A DNA stretch of 32,000 bases from an uncultured Oscillospiraceae bacterium (lineage in GTDB: Bacteria; Bacillota; Clostridia; Oscillospirales; Oscillospiraceae). The position numbers and the translations under genes are program-made. Below are positions 17,454 through 24,005 of the stretch, piece by piece. Each line of letters starts with the position of its first letter. Position 1 is the stretch's first letter. The notes under the pieces are model-generated. The model saw nothing but the letters and a program-made list of their open reading frames with translations. It was not told where the DNA came from and made no database searches. The stretch covers positions 14,578 through 46,577 of the forward strand of contig CAJUKH010000066.1 of assembly GCA_910587345.1 (NCBI GenBank), in the 5' to 3' direction.

Positions 17454-18212
17454 TCAGGCCGGGTCGGCGGTAAGGTCCTTTTTCCACTGGTCAAATTCCT
17501 TGCCCTCGCGGAGAAGGCGCTCCTCCACCCGCAGGCCGGGGCACTGTCCGGCCAGAAAGGCCAGAAGGGCCTTCCCCCTCTGGGTGTCGGCCTCCGCCGA
17601 GATCATGCGGCCGCGGCGGTCCACCACCGCCAGACTGGTGGCGTGAAGGCGCTTCCGCCCGGCATAGTAGGTCCACTGGTAAAGACAGGCCCCCGCCAGC
17701 TCGCTCCGCTTCAGGATGCTGTTGGCGGCGTCCCCCAGCCACAGATAGTCCCGGGTGAGAAGGCCGTCGGTCTGGTTGGCCATGGCCGCCGACACCGCCC
17801 CGGCGCACTTTAAAATGTAGCTGTCCGACCGAAGGGCCTGACGGTCAAATTCCCGGACCTCCTCTTCGGAAAGGCCGTTGTGCTTGGCGCAGGCGGCAAT
17901 GGTGGCTTCCGGCCCCGCCTTGGCGTTTTTCACCAGCTTCGTCATGGCCCATAAAAGCAGCAGGAAAAACAGGGCCAGCACCCCAAAAAACACCCAGCCG
18001 ATGGTGACCTGCTCGGCATGGCCGGCCTCCCTGTGGTAGCGGATCAGGGAGAGAAAATAGACCTCCCCCGCCGCCAGCAGCAATTCCAGCAGGGTCACCA
18101 GCACCAACAACACCTTACTGCTTTTCCGGGTCTTCTCGTTGCTTCGAATTAGAACAGAACCCTGAGGGAACCGTTTCTCCCGGTACTGCTCATTCATCTG
18201 CTCCGGCTCCAT
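17454..18212 (-). CDS. Hypothetical membrane protein (two TM segments, cytoplasmic C-terminal domain)
   Basis: 252-aa ORF with a GAGGAG RBS 6 nt upstream of ATG 18212. Host-like GC. No family recognised. Confidence 0.6.
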   Translation of the reverse strand: MEPEQMNEQYREKRFPQGSVLIRSNEKTRKSSKVLLVLVTLLELLLAAGEVYFLSLIRYHREAGHAEQVTIGWVFFGVLALFFLLLLWAMTKLVKNAKAGPEATIAACAKHNGLSEEEVREFDRQALRSDSYILKCAGAVSAAMANQTDGLLTRDYLWLGDAANSILKRSELAGACLYQWTYYAGRKRLHATSLAVVDRRGRMISAEADTQRGKALLAFLAGQCPGLRVEERLLREGKEFDQWKKDLTADPA

Positions 18213-18237
18213 AAAGATCTCCTCTTTTCTTTTTCAT

Positions 18238-18597
18238 TTACGGCTGCAGGGTCTCCCTCTCCGCCGCCTGGGCCGCTTCCCCGGCGGCCTCCTGGCCGGC
18301 CCTTTGGCCCGCCTCCTGAAGCATCATCTGCTCCAGCTCTTTCATATAGGCCCTCACCGCCAGCGCCTTGGCCCCCCTGCGCAAGAGGACCACAACGGCG
18401 GCAAACGCCACGGAGAGGAGCAGAAGAATGGGGACATCCTTCCAATCCCCCCCAAAGATAAACTCTATTGTGACCCATATACAGGCTGCGGCAGGCATCA
18501 TCACAAACCAGCTGAGCATCCGCATATAGGTGGGGACCCAAAGGGTTTTGCCCGAGGGGGTCTCATAGACCCTTACAGGCACCTTATACATCGCCAT
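18238..18597 (-). CDS. Hypothetical small membrane protein (119 aa)
   Basis: ATG 18597 with a GGAAGGGGG RBS. Two hydrophobic segments and an Ala/Glu/Gln-rich tail. Forms an operon with 17454-18212. Confidence 0.6.
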   Translation of the reverse strand: MAMYKVPVRVYETPSGKTLWVPTYMRMLSWFVMMPAAACIWVTIEFIFGGDWKDVPILLLLSVAFAAVVVLLRRGAKALAVRAYMKELEQMMLQEAGQRAGQEAAGEAAQAAERETLQP

Positions 18598-18615
18598 AAC
18601 AACACCCCCTTCCGC

Positions 18616-18638
18616 AAGACACGGGGACGGTCCTTTTG
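18616..18638. repeat. Stem-loop repeat unit (variant AAGACACGGGGACGGTCCTTTTG) in the 5' UTR of the 119-aa gene
   Basis: Shares the GGGGACGGT core with the units at 19536-19606, 20098-20124, 21022-21047 and 21606-21679. Its CCCC run lies opposite the GGGGG Shine-Dalgarno sequence 15 nt away on the mRNA. Confidence 0.5.
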
Positions 18639-18665
18639 CCTTTCAGGCGCTCCCCGCCCGTTTGC

Positions 18666-18694
18666 ATTATAGTTGACGCAGCAGGCGGAGTCAA
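18666..18694 (-). promoter_or_regulatory. Consensus sigma-A promoter of the 119-aa/252-aa operon
   Basis: On the minus strand, TTGACT (18689-18694), a 17-nt spacer, then TATAAT (18666-18671). Confidence 0.7.
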
Positions 18695-18734
18695 GCGCAA
18701 GCCAGGGCAGAAAGCAGCGTTTCCCGGCTTTGGG

Positions 18735-18774
18735 GATAAAAAGGGGGCGTGGTGCAATGCACCACGCCCCCTTT
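18735..18774 (-). terminator. Intrinsic terminator downstream of paralog 1
   Basis: 13-bp stem GGGGGCGTGGTGC / GCACCACGCCCCC. On the minus strand it is followed by TTTTTAT. Confidence 0.8.
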
Positions 18775-18872
18775 GGGTCAGAACGGAAGAACAACCACGA
18801 CGGTGTCCGTCACACGGGAACAAATGCGGCAAAATGTCTTTCACCACACGCTAACCGCCCTTTTATCTTCCT

Positions 18873-19499
18873 TTATTCCGAAACGCCGAAAAGATTTTCC
18901 ATATAGGCAATCACAGCCCCCGTGTTGCCGAAATGAGGCTTGAAGTAGCTTCCGTAGCTGTAAGCATCCCCCGTGGTGAAGGAAAAATAGGCCAGGGTCT
19001 CATAGTTGTCCCCGGGGGGATAAAAAGAGGCATAGTAGGTATAGCGCCCGCCGGGCAGTTGGAAATAGGACATTCCACAGCCCACATATTCGATTTGCCT
19101 CAATGCCTCCAGAAACCCGGCCTGTTCCTCCGGCGTGAGCGGGTGCATTTTTTCAAGGGCCTCCTGGGCCTCTTCATCATAGGCCCACACCTCGACTCTG
19201 CCCAAAGCCTCCCCCGAATAGATGAGGGCATATTCTTCCTGAAACCGCTTTCTTGCGCTGGCAAGCCCGATCTCCCCAAGGACATACACAGAAACAGAGA
19301 CCACACAAAAAGCGATCAGGATGATCCGAAGGGGATGCTTTGGCTTTGCGGCATTCCATGTCTCCTTTAGTTGGGGAGTCAGCCGGGACAGGAGAAAAAA
19401 GCCCAAAACCAACGCCCCAACCGGAAAGACCATAAACTCAGCAGCGGCCCACAGGGCGGCGATCAATTTGTCGAAAAAGGTGGCGGAAACCAGTATCAT
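18873..19499 (-). CDS. Two-TM membrane protein, mosaic paralog 1 (208 aa from ATG 19499)
   Basis: AGGAG RBS 8 nt upstream of ATG 19499. The first ~70 aa and last ~10 aa are near-identical to 20356-20985, while the core is unrelated. Confidence 0.7.
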   Translation of the reverse strand: MILVSATFFDKLIAALWAAAEFMVFPVGALVLGFFLLSRLTPQLKETWNAAKPKHPLRIILIAFCVVSVSVYVLGEIGLASARKRFQEEYALIYSGEALGRVEVWAYDEEAQEALEKMHPLTPEEQAGFLEALRQIEYVGCGMSYFQLPGGRYTYYASFYPPGDNYETLAYFSFTTGDAYSYGSYFKPHFGNTGAVIAYMENLFGVSE

Positions 19500-19535
19500 A
19501 GTAACCACTCCTATAAGAACTGGTATATTTCACAG

Positions 19536-19606
19536 GACAGAAGAACCGTCCCCCTGTCTTCAGAAGAACCGCCCCCTGTCTTTCGCTAACCGTCCCCTTG
19601 TCTTCT
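19536..19606. repeat. One full plus two partial tandem stem-loop repeat units
   Basis: The units are GACAGAAGAACCGTCCCCCTGTCTTC, AGAAGAACCGCCCCCTGTCTTTC and GCTAACCGTCCCCTTGTCTTCT. The last 19 nt (19588-19606) are a perfect inverted repeat of 20096-20114. Confidence 0.8.
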
Positions 19607-20036
19607 ATTTTCCTCTTGTTGCTACTATAAGTGGATAATCTAAAATAAAAATTTTATCCATTGTTTTGGGCAAATAAAAAACGGCTGTATAGGACGGGAC
19701 TTCTGCCTCTATCGTTAATTGATACATTATTTCCGATGATGACAAATTTATTCCGGGAACAAATCCTTTAAACTTAAAAGAAGTCAGAAAGTTTAAAACT
19801 TGCTCTGATTGTATTTTGGATAAATATTTTTGTCCCTCTTCATCCTTTGTCCCTGAATGGTAAGTAACCATGGAAATGGTGCAATTCTCACTTGTTGGAA
19901 AATTTATATAGTCTACAAATTTATGATATGAAGACAAAAACACAAAAGAGAATACTATCAATAGCACAAATGAATAACAAATTAAATGCTTAATCCATGT
20001 GCCTTTTTCCCAAATTTTGTTGAAGTGGTTACTCAC
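19605..20036 (-). CDS. Low-GC hypothetical membrane-anchored protein (~143 aa; start uncertain: GTG 20036, ATG 20051 or TTG 20090)
   Basis: Long ORF in a ~32% GC segment. A GGGGGGA RBS lies 6 nt before GTG 20036. One N-terminal TM segment (ICYSFVLLIVFSFVFL). No family recognised. Confidence 0.55.
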   Translation of the reverse strand: MSNHFNKIWEKGTWIKHLICYSFVLLIVFSFVFLSSYHKFVDYINFPTSENCTISMVTYHSGTKDEEGQKYLSKIQSEQVLNFLTSFKFKGFVPGINLSSSEIMYQLTIEAEVPSYTAVFYLPKTMDKIFILDYPLIVATRGK

Positions 20037-20095
20037 ATTAATTCCCCCCATATAGAGGTTTTGCCCAGATGAGTTAATGCTTTTTTGCAACCTGC

Positions 20096-20124
20096 AGAAG
20101 ACAAGGGGACGGTTCTTTTGTCTT
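20096..20124. repeat. Stem-loop repeat unit in opposite orientation (AAGACAAGGGGACGGTTCTTTTGTCTT)
   Basis: Stem AGACAA / TTGTCT around the loop GGGGACGGTTCTT. 20096-20114 is the reverse complement of 19588-19606. Confidence 0.8.
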
Positions 20125-20171
20125 TGGAAGTGTTGCGCTTATTTGCAGAGATAGCTAAACTGCCTATTATC

Positions 20172-20200
20172 ATTATAGTGGATATACCCCAAGAGGTCAA
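20172..20200 (-). promoter_or_regulatory. Consensus sigma-A promoter reading into the IR-bracketed low-GC ORF
   Basis: On the minus strand, TTGACC (20195-20200), a 17-nt spacer, then TATAAT (20172-20177). Confidence 0.7.
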
Positions 20201-20355
20201 GGGCGGCCAAAAGGGAAGGGCGAGGTGCATATTGCATCCCTCCCTTGATAGGTCAGTTAGCCAGGACAGAAGAACAACCATGACGGTGTCCATCACACGG
20301 GAACAAATGCGGTAAAATGTCTTTCACCATATGCTAACCGCCCTTTTGTCTTCCT

Positions 20356-20985
20356 TTATTCCGAAACGCCGAAAAGATTTTCCATGTAGGCAACAACAGG
20401 CTCTGCGTTGCCAATGGCAATATAGAAAAAGTTATCGGTAGGACGATAGGAATCTTTTGCCGAAAACTCAAAATAAGTCGAACCGGATTGAGCAGAATCC
20501 TCTGCCCGGCAAACATAAACAGTATATCTGTATCGCCCGATCTCATACCCTTTACGGGTGGTCCAGCCCATGTACTGAATTTGACGCAGAACGGATAAAA
20601 ATTCTTTTCGCTCCTGAGAATCCGTTAAAACATATTCTTCAAATTCCTTGTTCTCACGGTCATAAATTTGAATTTCTATTTGCCCGATCTCCTCGTCAGG
20701 AACATCAATACAAGCGTATTCTTTTTGAAAACGCTTTTCTGTGTAAGTCAGTCCGATTTCTCCCAAAGCATAAACAAAAGCGGTCATTACGCATATAGCG
20801 ATCAGGATAACTCGAAGGGGATGCTTTGGCTTTGCGGCGTTCCATGTTTCTTTTAACTGCGGGACCAGCCGGGACAGGAGAAAAAAGGCCAGGACCAACG
20901 CCCCAACCGGAAAGACCATAAACTCGGCGGCGGCCCAAAGGGCGGCGATCAATTTGTCGAAAAAAGTGGCAGAAACCAGTATCAT
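20356..20985 (-). CDS. Two-TM membrane protein, mosaic paralog 2 (209 aa from ATG 20985)
   Basis: Same RBS and N-terminus (MILVSATFFDKLIAALWAAAEFMVFPVGALVL...) and the same C-terminal AYMENLFGVSE as 18873-19499. The central ~125 codons are divergent and lower in GC. Confidence 0.7.
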   Translation of the reverse strand: MILVSATFFDKLIAALWAAAEFMVFPVGALVLAFFLLSRLVPQLKETWNAAKPKHPLRVILIAICVMTAFVYALGEIGLTYTEKRFQKEYACIDVPDEEIGQIEIQIYDRENKEFEEYVLTDSQERKEFLSVLRQIQYMGWTTRKGYEIGRYRYTVYVCRAEDSAQSGSTYFEFSAKDSYRPTDNFFYIAIGNAEPVVAYMENLFGVSE

Positions 20986-20996
20986 AGTAACCACTC

Positions 20997-21311
20997 CTAT
21001 AAGAACTGGTATATTCCACAGGACAGAAGAACCGTCCCCCTGTCTTCAGAGAAGAGCAATAAAAACAGCCCACGAAATCCTATCAGCAACAGTAGTACAA
21101 AATTTATTTTTTCAATCAATTTAAATTTTGTATTTCTATCATTCAGAATTCTCAAAGCACAGATAGAGGTGTTGATAATCGGAAACATCAGCTGACACAA
21201 TCCCCAACTCTGTGTTTCATACGGATTTGGAACAAAAGTAAAGATTCCGGAGAGCACCGCGATCGTGGTACTGATCCATAGAACGATTTTTGCAACGGTC
21301 CGTTCGTCCAT
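20997..21311 (-). CDS. Low-GC small membrane protein (104 aa, ~3 TM)
   Basis: ATG 21311 after AGGAGGG. The last ~16 codons (EDRGTVLLSCGIYQFL) read through the repeat unit at 21022-21047, so the true C-terminus is uncertain. Confidence 0.5.
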   Translation of the reverse strand: MDERTVAKIVLWISTTIAVLSGIFTFVPNPYETQSWGLCQLMFPIINTSICALRILNDRNTKFKLIEKINFVLLLLIGFRGLFLLLFSEDRGTVLLSCGIYQFL

Positions 21312-21338
21312 TAAATGTACCCTCCTTTTTTCCCTCTA

Positions 21339-21367
21339 ATTATAGCACACCTCTTTTCCTGATAAAA
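21339..21367 (-). promoter_or_regulatory. Putative extended -10 promoter heading the minus-strand array
   Basis: On the minus strand, TGcTATAAT (TATAAT at 21339-21344) with a weak T-rich -35, in an AT-rich spacer. Confidence 0.5.
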
Positions 21368-21595
21368 CTAATTGATAGGGTAAAAAAGGTTAATTCTGCA
21401 TGGGACTCACCACTTGCTTTTATTTCATCCATAGTTTACCATGGCGTTTGTTTATTGTCAATAATAAAAACTATGAAAACAAAAATTTTTTGTGTAATAA
21501 TACCTACTCTTTTGCAGAAAATGTGGTAGGATATATTTACCTATATAGAAAGTGTCCGGCAACAGGTGAAAGGTACAGGGCAAAAAAACAACCAC

Positions 21596-21681
21596 AAGAC
21601 AAGGGAAGACAAGGGGACGGTTCTTTTGTCTCCCTCGGCAGGTCAGTTTGTCAAGACAGAAGAACCGTCCCCCTGTCTTTA
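21596..21681. repeat. Two repeat units in inverted orientation forming a ~26-bp hairpin (21606-21631 / 21653-21679, 21-nt loop)
   Basis: AAGACAAGGGGACGGTTCTTTTGTCT pairs with AAGACAGAAGAACCGTCCCCCTGTCTT, giving one A-C mismatch and one G-U pair. A partial extra copy AAGACAAGGG lies at 21596-21605. Confidence 0.8.
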
Positions 21682-21906
21682 ATCGGGCCTGCAACTCTTA
21701 CTGCTATTTTTGATATTTCCGGCCGCACCGCAATGGCGACAGATGCCGGAATCACTGGCTCAGGCCAGAACGGTTGGACTTATGACCACGGCACCACCCG
21801 CCTGTCGGGCAACAAGGCTTACGGCACCGCCTGCTTCAAATCGGGAAGTACTACCAAATCCATGACCCTGACCTTGACCTGTTCCCCCGATGGCGCCATC
21901 TCTTGA
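21682..21906 (+). pseudogene. Apparent 5'-truncated remnant of a small secreted protein gene
   Basis: The open frame ...IGPATLTAIFDISGRTAMA/TDAGITGSGQNGWTYDHGTTRLSGNKAYGTACFKSGSTTKSMTLTLTCSPDGAIS looks like the end of a signal peptide (AMA) plus a ~57-aa two-Cys mature part. There is no start codon or RBS before the hydrophobic region. The internal ATG 21733 lacks an RBS. Confidence 0.35.
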
Positions 21907-21913
21907 CCGCCAA

Positions 21914-21952
21914 CAGCGGCCCAAAGGACACCCCTCCGGGCCGCTGTTTTTA
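21914..21952 (+). terminator. Intrinsic terminator after the fragment ORF
   Basis: Stem CAGCGGCCC / GGGCCGCTG followed by TTTTTAT. Confidence 0.75.
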
Positions 21953-22343
21953 TAGTATGAGAAAACGATGTCGGCCGCCCTCCCGGGCGGCCCTTTCTCT
22001 GCCCCCACCCCATTTCCACCACTCCCATCCTCTCCAAACCGGGATTTCCTTTCCATCCGAACCAAACTGGTAAAAAACCGTACAACCTGATGTACGTTTC
22101 CATACAATTAGGCCCCATTCCCCCCTAATTGTACGCCCCCGTACAACTCACCCGCTCAAAACCACCCCGTTTTTTTCAAAAATCACCCGCTTTTTTGCGA
22201 AAATCACCCTTTTTTGATGACTTTCAAAATTTCCAATTTTTGTACAACTTCCCAAATCCCCTCCCCCCTCTCGAAAAATCCCTCTCCCATTTCCCCGGGA
22301 ATTGTGGTATGATGGGAAAAACGCCCGAAAGGAGGACCCTGCC

Positions 22344-23861
22344 ATGATGACTCAGGTCCGCTCCCTCGGCCTCCACGGGGTGGAGGGTTATGAGGTGCTG
22401 TGCGAATGTGACCTCTCCGGGGGCCTGCCCAACTTCGAGGTGGTAGGCCTTCCCGACGCCGCCGTGCGGGAGGCCCGGGACCGGGTACGCTCCGCCATCA
22501 AGAACTGCGGCTTCTCCTTCCCCGTCTCCCGCATCACCGTGAATCTGGCCCCCGCCGACCGAAAAAAGGGCGGCACCCTCTACGACCTGCCCATTCTGGT
22601 GGGCATCCTGGCCGCCCAGGGGGAACTGCCTCCACCCGAGGCCGACTGCGCCTTTTTGGGGGAGCTGTCCCTCTCCGGCACCCTCCGTGCCGTGCCCGGG
22701 ATGCTGCCCATGGCCCTGGCCGCTCAAACCGCCGGCATCCGCCGCCTCTTTGTTCCCGCCGACGCCGCCGCCGAGGCCACTTTGGCCAAGGGCATGGTGA
22801 TTTATCCCGTGGAAACCGTGGCTCAACTGGTGGCCCATTTGAAGGGGGAGACCCTGATTCCCCCCGCCGCCCCCTGGACCCCCGGGGCGGGGAGAAGCCC
22901 GCTCCCCGATTTCGCCGAGGTGAAGGGGCAGGAAAACGTAAAGCGGGCCTTGGAGATCGCCGCCGCGGGAGGCCACAACATTTTGATGATCGGCCCGCCC
23001 GGCTCCGGCAAATCCATGCTGGCCAAACGGCTGCCCTCCATCCTTCCCGACCTCAGTGAGCGGGAGGCGTTGGAGGCCACCGCCGTCCACTCGGTGCTGG
23101 GCCTGACCACCAAAGAGGAGCCTTTGCTGACCCACCGGCCCTTCCGCTCCCCCCACCACACCGTCTCCGCCATCGGCATGGCGGGGGGCGGCAACCCCCT
23201 GATCCGACCGGGGGAGATCTCTCTGGCCCACCACGGCATCCTCTTTCTGGATGAACTGCCCGAATTTCACAAAGACGTGCTGGAGGTCCTCCGTCAGCCC
23301 ATGGAGGAGGGCAAGGTCCAGATCACCCGGGCGGCGGGGAGTGAGACCTTCCCCGCCCGGTTTATGCTGGTGTGTGCCATGAACCCCTGCAAATGCGGCT
23401 GGTATGGCTATTCCGACCGCTGCCGGTGCAGTCCCAGGGATGTGGACAAGTACCAGCAGCGCATTTCGGGACCCATGCTGGACCGTATCGACCTTATCGT
23501 AGACGTGCCGCCCCCGGACTTCGACACTCTGGCGGACAAGCCCGCCGGGGAGCCTTCGGCGGCCATCAAAGCCCGGGTAGACGCCGCCCGCTCGGTCCAA
23601 TCCCGCCGTTTCGGCCCCCAGGGCATCCCCTGCAACGCCCAGATGGGCCGTGGTGAGCTGGAGGCCTTCTGCCCTCTGGACCAGAGCTGTCAGGCCCTGA
23701 TGAAAGGGGCCTTTGAGCGGATGGGCCTTACCGCCCGGGGCTACGACCGCATTTTAAGGGTGGCCCGCACCATCGCCGACCTGGACGGCAGCGCCGCCAT
23801 CCAGGTCCCCCACATCGCCGAGGCCCTGCAATACCGCGCCACCGATGGCCTGGCGAAGTAA
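22344..23861 (+). CDS. comM: YifB/ComM-family Mg-chelatase-like AAA+ ATPase
   Basis: ATG 22344 after AAAGGAGGA. Lon-like N-terminal domain (GLHGVEGYEVLCECDLSGGLPNFEVVGLPDAAVREARDRV), Walker A GPPGSGKS, and the C-terminal LTARGYDRILRVARTIADL. Confidence 0.9.
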   Translation: MMTQVRSLGLHGVEGYEVLCECDLSGGLPNFEVVGLPDAAVREARDRVRSAIKNCGFSFPVSRITVNLAPADRKKGGTLYDLPILVGILAAQGELPPPEADCAFLGELSLSGTLRAVPGMLPMALAAQTAGIRRLFVPADAAAEATLAKGMVIYPVETVAQLVAHLKGETLIPPAAPWTPGAGRSPLPDFAEVKGQENVKRALEIAAAGGHNILMIGPPGSGKSMLAKRLPSILPDLSEREALEATAVHSVLGLTTKEEPLLTHRPFRSPHHTVSAIGMAGGGNPLIRPGEISLAHHGILFLDELPEFHKDVLEVLRQPMEEGKVQITRAAGSETFPARFMLVCAMNPCKCGWYGYSDRCRCSPRDVDKYQQRISGPMLDRIDLIVDVPPPDFDTLADKPAGEPSAAIKARVDAARSVQSRRFGPQGIPCNAQMGRGELEAFCPLDQSCQALMKGAFERMGLTARGYDRILRVARTIADLDGSAAIQVPHIAEALQYRATDGLAK

Positions 23862-23935
23862 AAAAGCTGCCGGAGCGGGCGAGCCGGAAAAGGCCCTTGT
23901 GTCCTGTCCCGTCCAGCCGCCGGCAATGCTCCGGC

Positions 23936-23964
23936 TTGCACAGCGGATAAGAGTGTGCTATAGT
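23936..23964 (+). promoter_or_regulatory. Putative promoter of the helicase gene
   Basis: TTGCAC, a 17-nt spacer, then TATAGT with a TG extended -10. Confidence 0.6.
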
Positions 23965-24005
23965 ATGAAAGATAACACCATACAGAAAAGAAAGGGTTTT
24001 GACCC

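Noticed and set aside
18873-20985. Diversity-generating retroelement (TR/VR) as the explanation for the variable core of the paralog pair
   Set aside because: There is no reverse transcriptase nearby. The cores are globally unalignable with different GC content, rather than differing only at adenine positions of a template repeat.
21458-21540. 18-aa ORF MKTKIFCVIIPTLLQKMW and other micro-ORFs in the AT-rich spacer
   Set aside because: No RBS, and they are embedded in promoter-like AT-rich DNA. Nothing distinguishes them from chance ORFs.
18616-21681. Possible CRISPR array or integron attC cassette array, given repeated motifs between small ORFs
   Set aside because: Repeat spacing is irregular (tens to ~1400 bp) and the units occur in both orientations, so it is not CRISPR. 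There are no RYYYAAC/GTTRRRY core sites, no intI next to the first cassette, and several cassettes have their own consensus promoters, so it is not a classical integron. It is kept as an unexplained repeat family instead.
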